Assembly (NCBI GenBank): GCA_002780705.1
Contig: PEUP01000014.1
Coordinates: 327 to 33,552, forward strand
Source of the DNA: Elusimicrobia bacterium CG03_land_8_20_14_0_80_50_18
GTDB taxonomy: Bacteria; CG03
Direction of reading: 5' to 3'
DNA: 33,226 bases
Under the pieces are notes generated by a model that was not told where the DNA came from, searched no databases, and saw only the letters and a program-made list of their open reading frames with translations. Each line of letters begins with the position of its first letter. Position 1 is the stretch's first letter. Below are positions 1 to 8,576 of this stretch, one piece after another. The position numbers and the translations under genes are program-made.

Positions 1-758
1 ACCTTTGTTGTCTCATCCTCGCCGCCGTTCATGGCGTATTCGGCATTGACATCAACACCTCCGACTTCCGCGGCCGCTTTGATGCCGTAAAGAAGAGTCG
101 TGTCTCTGTCGTGTGTGGAAACAGGGAGATTGTCAACATTTTTGTAGGCATAGAATTCTCCGGAAACCATGTCCGCGATTTTGTCCACGGGGCTCAGAAC
201 CAGTCCCTGTAAATCAACATCGGAATCGGCTGTCGGCGCCATTTCTGCCACTTTGGCGTCAAGATATTTCACATTGATACCGGCTATCTCAGCGCTGGCA
301 AGATAACCGTCAAGAGCCGAAACGCCCAGGCCGTAATCATAGCCGGGACCATAATACATGGCAAGGTCACCCTGTTTGCCGTAGAACATTCTTCCGGCCT
401 TGAGGTCAATGAGGTCAAAAAGGCCTTGCACTTTCACATAGGCGTTGACAACATCAAGCTGAGTCTGCACATTGGTCAGGTTTTCCTCGGCCTGGCCGTA
501 CTTCCTGTTGTTCTTGCTGAGAACGACTCTCGCGTCAACATCATCGTTGAGCGGCATAGCCATGTTGAGCATGATTCTGCTGCGCGACTCGCTCCTGTAA
601 TCATCTCCGCCCACGGCGGCCGTGTTCTCGTTCTTCACCTGGACTTTGTTCACCGTCATCTCTCCCGACAGCTTCAATCCGTCAAGAACGGACGCGGCGG
701 TCGCCACAGAAGACAGCGCGAACATCGCCGTCATAACCAAAGCAAAAAATTTCTTCAT
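1..758 (-). CDS. Secreted/outer-membrane beta-barrel (porin-like) protein, 3' end outside the window
   Basis: Absent from the ORF track because it runs off the edge. Manual translation from ATG 758 gives MKKFFALVMTAMFALSSVATAASVLDGLKLSGEM...VNAYVKVQGLFDLIDLKAGRMFYG...VDVNAEYAMNGG. It has a Sec signal peptide, alternating amphipathic beta-strand patterns and no stop to the window edge. Confidence 0.7.
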   Translation of the reverse strand, partial: MKKFFALVMTAMFALSSVATAASVLDGLKLSGEMTVNKVQVKNENTAAVGGDDYRSESRSRIMLNMAMPLNDDVDARVVLSKNNRKYGQAEENLTNVQTQLDVVNAYVKVQGLFDLIDLKAGRMFYGKQGDLAMYYGPGYDYGLGVSALDGYLASAEIAGINVKYLDAKVAEMAPTADSDVDLQGLVLSPVDKIADMVSGEFYAYKNVDNLPVSTHDRDTTLLYGIKAAAEVGGVDVNAEYAMNGGEDETTK

Positions 759-771
759 CTTCAATCTCTTC

Positions 772-787
772 CCCGCCTTCCGGCGGG
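772..787. repeat. Short GC palindrome CCCGCC-GGAA-GGCGGG between the glyS stop and the porin-like start
   Basis: Perfect 6-bp stem with a GNRA loop on the minus strand. No U-tract. Confidence 0.6.
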
Positions 788-791
788 CCTT

Positions 792-2870
792 CTACTCCAA
801 CTTCTTTCCGGTGTTGTCCTCCAACACCAAAGCATTCAATGTATCAAATCGGCCGAAATTTGACAAGAGTTTGTCAATATCCCTGAGCAATCCGAGCCTG
901 TTGTCCCTCAGCGCTTCGTCTTTGTCCATCACCATGAGCTTCTCAAAAAAGCTATCCAGCGGTTCTTTGACTGACACAAGGCGCAGAAGGGCCGCGGTGT
1001 AATCTTTTTTACTCATCAGGTTTTCCAGCTCTCCGCCCAAGAGCGCGCTTAAATCGTAAAGCGCTTTTTCCTCCGGCGCCTTCAGTAAATCCTTTTGAAC
1101 AGTGGCCGGTTCCATGCCGAACTTTTCCGCCTGCTTCAATATATTCCTTATACGCTTGGCGGAGGCGGCAATATGCGCGAACTCATCTCTCTTTTTATCC
1201 CTCACGGTCATGACAACGCGCGACAGCTTCAGCGCTTCTTTGGGAATGTCAAATTTACTCTCCGTCATGTTCGCCACATCCGCGGGGATGCCCTTTTTTA
1301 TAAGGTAAAGCTTGAACCTTTCGTTCATGAAATCCCGCAATTTGTCAGAAACGCTTTTTTCCACATCATCAAAAACAATTTCAAATATTTTCGTCACTTC
1401 AAAATCAATACCCTCCGTTTCCGCGAGAATCCTCAGCGCCTCGTCGGCGGTTTTTATAAGCGCGTAGGGGTCTTTGGAAGTTGTGGGGAGCATGCCGGAT
1501 GAGAAAAATGATTTCAGCGTGTTAAGCCGTTCGGCCAGTCCGCAAACAGCCGAAACATTATTCAGCGTCTCCAGCGTAACCGCATCTCTCAGCGCGTGTG
1601 ACCCGACCGGCAGCTCGTCGGGATCATCCGTAACGCCCATTCCCAGATACTGCCCCGCTATGCCGTGAAGTTCGGGGAATTCTCCCACTATCTGAGTCAC
1701 AATATCGCAGTAGAGAAGCTTAGCTGTCTTCCTCACCTCTTCTTCTTCGCCGGGGCTGTAAATTTTCGCGATTTCAGCAGCGTCGCGTATTATTCTTTCC
1801 GCTTTCTCGTAAAGAGTGGAGAATTTCCCCATATAATTGACACGCTTCAGATTGTCATAGTATTCAATGAGTTTTTTCTTTCTGTCGTTCTCCCAGAAAA
1901 ATTTAGTGTCCTCAAAGCGCGCTGTGACACATCGCTCGTAATTGTCACGCACCTCGCGGGCGTTATCCGATACACCGTCAACAACGAACAGAAAGCGGTT
2001 GACCATGCCTTTTTTATCATAAACGGCAAAACACTTCTGATGAAATTCAAGCGTCACTTTCAGAAATTCATGCGGCAGTTCAAGGAATTTTTCATCAAAC
2101 TCGCCTTTGAGAATCCGCGGGAATTCGCAAATACCAAGCGTTTCCCTTGTCAGCTCATCCGACGGCTTTGAATAAAGCGGCTCTTTAAGCGCGTCTTTAA
2201 GCTGGGCCTCAAAAACATCCCCGCGCTTTTTCCTGTCCGCTAAAATCCTTGAGGATTTAAGATTTTGTTCATACGCGGCGGGCGATTCTATTTTTATATT
2301 CTCACCCATAAAAGCCCTGCTCGTCTTAGAGGAAGGGATTCCGAAGCAGTCCAGCTTTAAAGCTTTTTTGCCGAACATTATGAGCACATTTCTCACCGGG
2401 CGAGGAAAAGAATGAGCGCCCCATCTCATCATTTTTGAGAATTTAATCCCCTCAAGTGCTGAATATATATTTTCTCTGATGACCTGCTCGCTGGATCTGC
2501 GGGGAATTGTCTTCTCCAGAAAGACATAATTTCCCCTGTCTGTCGCCCTGATCCTGATGTCGGCGCAATCGGCTTGATACCTGGCCAGAAAACCCTCAAG
2601 CACAGCGGAGGGCTTGCCGTCCCTGTCAAAAGCTATCTTTTCAGGCGGGCCCTTGATGTCAGTCTTGCTCTCCTCTATATAGCGCGACACATTTTCAAAC
2701 AACACGGCCGCCCGGCGGGGTGTGGAAAAACCTTTTTTAAATTCGCCCGATATTTTCTCCCTCTCAAACAGTTTCTCCACCGCCTCTTTCAGTTTGAATT
2801 CGGCCTCCAGCTGGACGGCGACGGGCATGTCCTCCACCCAGAGTTCCACGAGAAAATCAGCGCTTTTCAT
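792..2870 (-). CDS. glyS: Glycine--tRNA ligase beta subunit
   Basis: FLVELWVEDMP, STPRR, KGPP, MRWG..FPRPVR, GEFPELHG and C-terminal DALR-like anticodon domain (RDNRLGLL). Follows glyQ with an ATGA overlap. Confidence 0.97.
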   Translation of the reverse strand: MKSADFLVELWVEDMPVAVQLEAEFKLKEAVEKLFEREKISGEFKKGFSTPRRAAVLFENVSRYIEESKTDIKGPPEKIAFDRDGKPSAVLEGFLARYQADCADIRIRATDRGNYVFLEKTIPRRSSEQVIRENIYSALEGIKFSKMMRWGAHSFPRPVRNVLIMFGKKALKLDCFGIPSSKTSRAFMGENIKIESPAAYEQNLKSSRILADRKKRGDVFEAQLKDALKEPLYSKPSDELTRETLGICEFPRILKGEFDEKFLELPHEFLKVTLEFHQKCFAVYDKKGMVNRFLFVVDGVSDNAREVRDNYERCVTARFEDTKFFWENDRKKKLIEYYDNLKRVNYMGKFSTLYEKAERIIRDAAEIAKIYSPGEEEEVRKTAKLLYCDIVTQIVGEFPELHGIAGQYLGMGVTDDPDELPVGSHALRDAVTLETLNNVSAVCGLAERLNTLKSFFSSGMLPTTSKDPYALIKTADEALRILAETEGIDFEVTKIFEIVFDDVEKSVSDKLRDFMNERFKLYLIKKGIPADVANMTESKFDIPKEALKLSRVVMTVRDKKRDEFAHIAASAKRIRNILKQAEKFGMEPATVQKDLLKAPEEKALYDLSALLGGELENLMSKKDYTAALLRLVSVKEPLDSFFEKLMVMDKDEALRDNRLGLLRDIDKLLSNFGRFDTLNALVLEDNTGKKLE

Positions 2871-3718
2871 GACAGCTCCTTCATTTCTTTATAAAGCAGC
2901 GCTATCCTGCGCGCGTATCCCCTCATCTGTTTTATCATGTCCGCCCGGGCCCTGTGGTCTATGCCGCCGCGAGCGTCAATAACATTGAATAAGTGCGAGA
3001 AATTGAGCAGGCAGTCGTAGGCCGGCAAAGGCAATTTGCTTCCAAGCAGCATTTCCAGCTCTCCAAGATAAAAATCGCAGACTTTCCTGAGGCCCTCAAC
3101 CGAGGCCTTTTCAAAATAGTAAATACTGAACTGCCTCTCTTCCTCTTTTCTCACAGAGCCGTAGGTCACTCCCGGCGCCCATTCAATATCGTAAACGCTT
3201 TTCTTCTTCTGAAGAAACATGGCGAGCCTCTCAAGGCCGTATGTCAGCTCAACCGGCACATCGGGAAGCTCAAGGCCTCCGGCCTGCTGAAAATATGTGA
3301 ACTGCGTTATCTCAAGGCCGTCACAGCGGACCTCCCAACCCCGGCCCCACGCCCCCAGCGACGGAGATTCCCAGTTATCTTCAAGAAAACGGATGTCGTG
3401 TTTTTTAACATCTATGCCTATCCTGGAAAGGCTCTTGAGATAAAGAAGCCTGGAATCGGCCGGAGCGGGCTTCAATATCACCTGAAACTGCATGTGTTTG
3501 TATAACCTGAATGGGTTGTCCCCGTATCTGCCGTCCTGCGGCCGTCGTGCCGGCTCAACATAAGCGGTTCTCCACGGCCCGCTGTCAAAGAGCTTCAGAA
3601 AGGTCATGGGATTAAATGTCCCCGCGCCCTTCTCAACATCGTAGGGCTGAACCACGACACAGCCCTTATCCGCCCAGTAATCAGACAGAATCCTTATTAT
3701 CTCCTGCAGTGTTTTCAC
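2867..3718 (-). CDS. glyQ: Glycine--tRNA ligase alpha subunit
   Basis: QPYDVEKGAGT, DGRYGDNP, EDNWESPSLGAWG, EITQFTYFQQ, ELTYGLERL. GTG start overlaps the mcsB stop. Confidence 0.98.
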   Translation of the reverse strand: MKTLQEIIRILSDYWADKGCVVVQPYDVEKGAGTFNPMTFLKLFDSGPWRTAYVEPARRPQDGRYGDNPFRLYKHMQFQVILKPAPADSRLLYLKSLSRIGIDVKKHDIRFLEDNWESPSLGAWGRGWEVRCDGLEITQFTYFQQAGGLELPDVPVELTYGLERLAMFLQKKKSVYDIEWAPGVTYGSVRKEEERQFSIYYFEKASVEGLRKVCDFYLGELEMLLGSKLPLPAYDCLLNFSHLFNVIDARGGIDHRARADMIKQMRGYARRIALLYKEMKELS

Positions 3719-4749
3719 CCCATTATCTCCCTTAAAAATTCAGCCCTCTTCTCGTCCCTTTCATCCGGGCTCAGTGGCGAGCCGTTTCTCTGTTCTATGT
3801 GCGCAGGCTGAGAGAGAAAGAGCATATCGTTCAATCTGTCGCCGCCCATGGGCAGAGCCATGCCCATGCTCAAACCCAGCCTTATATCGGATATTCTGCT
3901 TATCAGCTCCTCATAAGATATCCTTCTGGCATACTGTATGACTCCGTAGCTCCTGTATATCCTGTCTTCCAGTTCCGTCTTTCTCCTGCTGACCAGCTCA
4001 TCCATCGCCTTGTCCGAGGCGTCCTCCAGCTGTTTTGAGATCGCCGTGAGTTTATCAATGATCTCCTTTCCAGTAACTCCGAGCGTCACCTGATTGGATA
4101 TCTGAAAAAATCCGCCCAACGGCTTTGTCGCCTCGCCGTAAACGCCGCGAGATGCCACCCCCACCCTTGCCAGCGAATCTATCACTTCCCCTATGTAACC
4201 GCTCAGCACCAGGGAAGGAAGGTGCGCCAGAAAGGATATCCTCAGACCCGTGCCGGCGTTTGTCGGGCAGGTCGTGAGAAAACCGAATTCATCGTTTTGC
4301 GCGAAATCAAAGGCGGCGCTGATCTCCCTGACGATAACTGAGGCCTTCTCAAAGCTTTCTTGAAGCGAAAGGCCGGGCCCGAGAACCTGTATCCTTAAAT
4401 GGTCTTCCTCATTCACCATTATGGCGGCGTCATCGCCCATGACCAGCCCCGCGACGCGGTCGGTGAAAACAAGGTCATAACTCGCGAGATGCCTTTCTAT
4501 TAAAAATTTTCTGTCACTTATGTCCAGCTCCTCAAGCTCAAGGCGCGAGGCGCTTTTCCATCCGGGAAGGCCGCGGAGCCCCTCAAAAACTTCTTTGCGG
4601 ACTTTGAGCTGCTCGCCCGCGCCGGCCCGGCAGGGGAAATAATGTCCTTTCAGATTCCTCGCGAACCGGACCCGCGTGGACACGAAGTGACTTCCCGGCT
4701 CCGGGCCCTGCCAGCTGATGCTTTTTGAGGCGAGATCCGAAAAAATCAC
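3715..4749 (-). CDS. mcsB: Protein-arginine kinase McsB (ATP:guanido phosphotransferase fold)
   Basis: STRVRFARN, NEEDHLR, GFLTTCPTNAGTGLR, FQISNQVTLG, C-terminal QPAH..RAEFLR. Adjacent to mcsA. Confidence 0.95.
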   Translation of the reverse strand: MIFSDLASKSISWQGPEPGSHFVSTRVRFARNLKGHYFPCRAGAGEQLKVRKEVFEGLRGLPGWKSASRLELEELDISDRKFLIERHLASYDLVFTDRVAGLVMGDDAAIMVNEEDHLRIQVLGPGLSLQESFEKASVIVREISAAFDFAQNDEFGFLTTCPTNAGTGLRISFLAHLPSLVLSGYIGEVIDSLARVGVASRGVYGEATKPLGGFFQISNQVTLGVTGKEIIDKLTAISKQLEDASDKAMDELVSRRKTELEDRIYRSYGVIQYARRISYEELISRISDIRLGLSMGMALPMGGDRLNDMLFLSQPAHIEQRNGSPLSPDERDEKRAEFLREIMG

Positions 4750-5249
4750 CGCTTCTCCCTCTGCGCCCTGATCTTATCCCTGATCGTCGCCGCATTTTCA
4801 TAGTCTTCTTTTTTGATCGCCTCCTGCAGTGCTTGCTCAAGAGCGCTCAGAGGGCTGTCTTCCGTTTTTGCGGCTGAGGATTTCTGGCTTGAACAGCCGT
4901 GGATTTTTTTGAGAAGGGGTTCCAGGTTTTCGCGGAAAGTGTCCCAGCATTGCGGACAACCGAGCTTGCCGTCTTCGCGAAATTCCGGGAGTGTTTTGGA
5001 GCAGTTGGGGCATTTCAGATCGCCCGCGGCTCCGGGAAGAGCCAGAGCCGAAAGAAATTTGCCGAGAATGTCAAAGGATTTCTCCTGCATGTTCGCGTCA
5101 AACACCCCCATATTCACCGCGCAGCCGTGGCATATGTGCATCTTCGTCACAGAACCGCTCTGAAAAGATGTGAAATGCACCGAGGCCGGATTGACCTTGC
5201 AGATATCACAGGTGCCGGGGCTTGACTTTCGTGACTTATCCATGCTCAT
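4746..5249 (-). CDS. mcsA: McsA, McsB activator (CxxC zinc fingers plus UVR domain)
   Basis: Four CxxC motifs (CDIC, CHGC, CPNC, CPQC), GKLGC, IHG and C-terminal EDYENAATIRDKIR. Confidence 0.93.
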   Translation of the reverse strand: MSMDKSRKSSPGTCDICKVNPASVHFTSFQSGSVTKMHICHGCAVNMGVFDANMQEKSFDILGKFLSALALPGAAGDLKCPNCSKTLPEFREDGKLGCPQCWDTFRENLEPLLKKIHGCSSQKSSAAKTEDSPLSALEQALQEAIKKEDYENAATIRDKIRAQREKR

Positions 5250-5272
5250 TCGCGCAAACCTTCCCCTCTCTT

Positions 5273-6151
5273 CTAATTCCCGATGGCCTCACCGCTGCTC
5301 TTTGTCAGCTTCCTGTAATCAGCGATGAGCTTGAGCGTGATATCGCCGGGTTTGCCGGATCCGATCTTCCTTCCGTCAAGAGCCACAACCGGTATCACCT
5401 CGGCGGCCGTGCCTGTGAGGAAGCACTCGTCGGCGGTGAACACGCAATATCTGGTGAACAATTCTTTCCTGACCTCTATCTTTCTTTTTCCCGCGAGCTC
5501 TATCACCGCCTCCTGGGTAACGCCCAGCAAAGCCCCGGCCGAGGCCGGCGGAGTGGTGATGACAGCGTCCCTTATGATAAAGATGTTGTCGCCCGTGCAC
5601 TCGGCGACATAACCCTGAGCGTTCAGCATAAGGGCTTCCGGCACAGCCCTCTGCGTTCCTTCTATCTTAGCCATGATGTTATTCAGATAATTCAGCGATT
5701 TGACGCGGGGGTTCAGGGATTCCGGTATATTGCGCCTCGTGGAAACCGTCGCTATCTCAAGGCCGTTCTCATAGAACTCGTCGGGATAAAGGGATATTTT
5801 GTCGGCTATTATGAAATAAGAGGCCTTCGGGCATTTGCGCGGATCAAGGCCGAGATCTCCGACGCCGCGGGTGACAACCACCCTTATATACGCGTCGCTG
5901 AGAGAGTTGGCGCGGAGGACCGCTTTGATATCATCGGACATTTTCTTTTTGTCCACCGGCATTTGCAGCATTATGACTTTGGCGGAATCGTAGAGCCTGT
6001 CTATGTGTTCTTTCAGGCGGAAGACCCTTCCCGAATATGCCCTTATGCCCTCAAAAATACCGTCGCCGTAGAGAAGACCGTGATCAAAGACGGATATTTT
6101 AGCATTGTCCTTTTCCAGCAGTTGTCCGTCAAGCAAAATTTTTAATCCCAT
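5273..6151 (-). CDS. ilvE: Branched-chain amino acid aminotransferase (class IV)
   Basis: DHGLLYGDGIFEGIR, KSLNYLNN, VAECTGDNIF, ECFLTGTAAEV. SD AAGGAGG upstream. Confidence 0.95.
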   Translation of the reverse strand: MGLKILLDGQLLEKDNAKISVFDHGLLYGDGIFEGIRAYSGRVFRLKEHIDRLYDSAKVIMLQMPVDKKKMSDDIKAVLRANSLSDAYIRVVVTRGVGDLGLDPRKCPKASYFIIADKISLYPDEFYENGLEIATVSTRRNIPESLNPRVKSLNYLNNIMAKIEGTQRAVPEALMLNAQGYVAECTGDNIFIIRDAVITTPPASAGALLGVTQEAVIELAGKRKIEVRKELFTRYCVFTADECFLTGTAAEVIPVVALDGRKIGSGKPGDITLKLIADYRKLTKSSGEAIGN

Positions 6152-6170
6152 TACTCCTCCTTATTTGATG

Positions 6171-6188
6171 CGCAAACACACATTTGCG
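6171..6188. promoter_or_regulatory. Inverted repeat CGCAAA-N6-TTTGCG over the predicted ilvE transcription start (operator or 5' hairpin)
   Basis: cgcaaa 6171-6176 and tttgcg 6183-6188, immediately downstream of the -10 box. Confidence 0.4.
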
Positions 6189-6189
6189 T

Positions 6190-6218
6190 ATTATAATTAA
6201 TATCCCGCCTCTAAACAA
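6190..6218 (-). promoter_or_regulatory. Sigma70-type promoter for ilvE-mcsA-mcsB-glyQ-glyS
   Basis: TTGTTT (6218-6213), 17-nt spacer, TATAAT (6195-6190). Confidence 0.65.
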
Positions 6219-6230
6219 GGAAACGAAACG

Positions 6231-6277
6231 AAAAAGGGGGACGGAGGAAAGTCGGACTTTCCTCCGTCCCCCTTTTT
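6231..6277. terminator. Long perfect inverted repeat, probable bidirectional intrinsic terminator after the MATE gene
   Basis: 23-nt arms AAAAAGGGGGACGGAGGAAAGTC / GACTTTCCTCCGTCCCCCTTTTT with a 1-nt spacer. T-tracts on both strands. Confidence 0.8.
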
Positions 6278-6278
6278 T

Positions 6279-7685
6279 TTATTCCTGGGGCAGGGCTTCT
6301 TCAAACTCTTCGCGCTTTAGCGTGAAATCGTCCGTCAGATTTTTCTTCATCCAGCCGCCCCATATGAAAAAAGCCGAGGCCGCGATGCCGCCGGCGATGT
6401 TGCTCAGGGGAAAGGCCCACCAGATGCCTTTCTGCGCCCAAAAAAAAGAGAGGCCGTAGGCGCTGGAAATACGCAGCACGATAAATGTGAGCATCGTCAG
6501 GAGCATCGCCGCGAAAGTGTCGCCCGCGCCCCGGAACGCTCCGCCCAGCACTATCTGAAGGCCGGCAAAACCGAAGGTGAGCGAGACTATTCTTATGAAA
6601 TCCGAGCCCTCTTTCACAACAACAGGGCTGCCCGAAATAAAAAAAGCCGTCAGCGGATAGGAATAAACCCAGAAAACAATGCCGGCCAGGGTCGTAACGG
6701 CGAAGGTGAAAAGAGAGGCCGTGAGGGCTGTCTTTTTCGCCCTGAGCGGATTGCCCGCTCCTATGTTCTGCCCAACAAGAGTCGTCGTCGCCATTGCCAC
6801 CCCCACGGCGGCCATGATTATAAAACTTATGAGCCTCGTGACAATGCCGTAAGACGCCACAGCGGCGGTGCCGAAGGCGCCGACGAGAAACACCATGAGC
6901 GTGAAACTGAAAGCCCGGACGGAATGTTCCAGAGACGACGGCAGGCCGAGAGTGAAGATTTTTTTCATAACCGCCAGGTCCGGCTTGAAATAAGCGGCCC
7001 TCATCTTTATGCCGTATCTGCCGCTCAGCAGCATAGCCGCGGCGGCTAAAGCGGCAAGAGCCTGCGTGATTATTGTCGCCCACGCCGCTCCGGCTACGCC
7101 ATAGGCGGGAACGGGACCCCAGCCCATTATAAAAACGGGATCGGCGATGAAATTAAGTATCACCGTCATAAGCACGATGTACATGGGGAGCTTCACCTCG
7201 CCTGCGCCGCGAAGGAGCGACTGGAAAACAAAAAACGCGAACAGAAATATGAGCCCCAAAAATGAAACTCTCAGATAAGACACAGCCCCCGGTATCACAT
7301 CGGCTTCCGCACCTGTGAGCGAAATAAGAAAGGGTGTAAAAATATACCCCACCGCGGATATGAACAGACACAGCGCTGTTATCATCATCAGCGTCTGGGC
7401 CGATATGTAGCCCGCGCGCTCATCATCACCCGCGCCCTTATACTGAGCCACCAGCACAGTGCCGACGATTGACAGCCCCGCACCGATAGAGATGAGGAGG
7501 AAAAGAATCGGGAAAGCGAAGGACACCGCGGCCACAGCCGGGGCGCCGAGACGGCCCACCCAGAAAGCGTCCGTCAGATTATAGACCGTCTGGAGCATGT
7601 TGGCCGCCACCACGGGCCAGGCAAGCGTAAAAATGGATTGCAGAATAGGGCCTTCCGTCAGCTTATTGTTCAACTTATTTCTCAT
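6279..7685 (-). CDS. MATE family efflux transporter
   Basis: About 12 TM segments, LTEGPI..LAWP, DAFWVGRLG, LRGAGE..PM, LNFIADP, GQNIGAG, FRGAGDT. Confidence 0.95.
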   Translation of the reverse strand: MRNKLNNKLTEGPILQSIFTLAWPVVAANMLQTVYNLTDAFWVGRLGAPAVAAVSFAFPILFLLISIGAGLSIVGTVLVAQYKGAGDDERAGYISAQTLMMITALCLFISAVGYIFTPFLISLTGAEADVIPGAVSYLRVSFLGLIFLFAFFVFQSLLRGAGEVKLPMYIVLMTVILNFIADPVFIMGWGPVPAYGVAGAAWATIITQALAALAAAAMLLSGRYGIKMRAAYFKPDLAVMKKIFTLGLPSSLEHSVRAFSFTLMVFLVGAFGTAAVASYGIVTRLISFIIMAAVGVAMATTTLVGQNIGAGNPLRAKKTALTASLFTFAVTTLAGIVFWVYSYPLTAFFISGSPVVVKEGSDFIRIVSLTFGFAGLQIVLGGAFRGAGDTFAAMLLTMLTFIVLRISSAYGLSFFWAQKGIWWAFPLSNIAGGIAASAFFIWGGWMKKNLTDDFTLKREEFEEALPQE

Positions 7686-7688
7686 AAA

Positions 7689-8381
7689 TCAGAACTTCCC
7701 CGGAAAATCAGTGTACACCCAGTCAACACCCATCTTCGCCATTCTCTTGAAATCCTTGTCGCTGTTGACAACCCAGGCCTGCAAAAACACGCCCTTATCT
7801 TTTATTTTAGCCGCCAGAGACGGTGTCAGTCCGCGGAAATCCACGCTCACGCCCTCCGGAGAGATGGAATCAATAAGGGCGCATATCTCATCTCCAGTCA
7901 TTTCCTGTTTTATTGTGGCTATTATCTTTATTCCCGGCATAATATTCCTGAAGTGTCTAAGCGTCTCGTGATTAAAAGAACAGACCATAATTTCGGGAAG
8001 ATCCGGAAAAGAAAGAAGCGTCTTTTTAAGCACCTCAGCCGGAAGCCGGGGATCACCACGGGCGAATGTTTTGATTTCTATGATCAGCGGCTTGGAGAAA
8101 GAGCCCGCCAGAAGAATGACATCCCTGAGTGACGGGAGTTTTTCGCCGTCTCCCGCGTCAAAGGAAGAAAGCGCGGCCATAGTGAAATCCTTCACCCTGC
8201 CGCGAAGGCGGATGCGGCGCATTAGGCTGCCGTCGTGTATTACCGCCAGCGCCCCGTCGCCGCTCAGACTCACATCGCACTCGACGGCGTCGGCTCTTTC
8301 AAATCCTATGCGTAAAGCTCTGAGAGTGTTTTCAGGAGCCAGCCCCTTGGCGCCTCTGTGACCTATTGTAAGGCATCTCAT
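7689..8381 (-). CDS. Glycerophosphodiester phosphodiesterase (cytoplasmic UgpQ/GlpQ family)
   Basis: IGHRGA..APENT, VECDV, VIHD, IEIK, WVVN, GVDWVYTDFP. Confidence 0.92.
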   Translation of the reverse strand: MRCLTIGHRGAKGLAPENTLRALRIGFERADAVECDVSLSGDGALAVIHDGSLMRRIRLRGRVKDFTMAALSSFDAGDGEKLPSLRDVILLAGSFSKPLIIEIKTFARGDPRLPAEVLKKTLLSFPDLPEIMVCSFNHETLRHFRNIMPGIKIIATIKQEMTGDEICALIDSISPEGVSVDFRGLTPSLAAKIKDKGVFLQAWVVNSDKDFKRMAKMGVDWVYTDFPGKF

Positions 8382-8406
8382 AAGGTTGCGGTCAGGACAG
8401 GTCCCC

Positions 8407-8549
8407 GAAATGACACAACCCGCCGGAGGCGGACTTTCAGCCGCGGAGAAGATATTATTCCTTCCTCCAAAGGCGGACTTTCAGCCCACCGGAGGCGGAT
8501 ACAACATTTCAGCTCCGCGGCATTTCAAACAAACGGTATAAACCTTTGT
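8407..8549. repeat. Structured intergenic element with three CCGCC-N3-GGCGGA-type units and nested stems
   Basis: Units at 8420-8433, 8464-8477 and 8486-8499. AGGCGGACTTTCAGCC occurs twice. A 9-bp stem pairs 8440-8448 with 8513-8521. Confidence 0.6.
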
Positions 8550-8576
8550 GTTACGAAATATGTGTCGCGCGAAAAT

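Noticed and set aside
426-1002. Plus-strand 145-aa and 126-aa ORFs
   Set aside because: Opposite the porin-like gene and glyS, which account for the sequence.
5222-6145. 307-aa plus-strand ORF
   Set aside because: Antisense shadow of ilvE with no motifs or RBS.
6152-6278. T-box or riboswitch upstream of ilvE/glyQS
   Set aside because: No T-box motif. The predicted leader is only about 30 nt, and the hairpin lies upstream of the promoter.
8420-8499. Possible mini CRISPR array
   Set aside because: Repeats are 16 nt or shorter, irregularly spaced and degenerate, and there are no cas genes.
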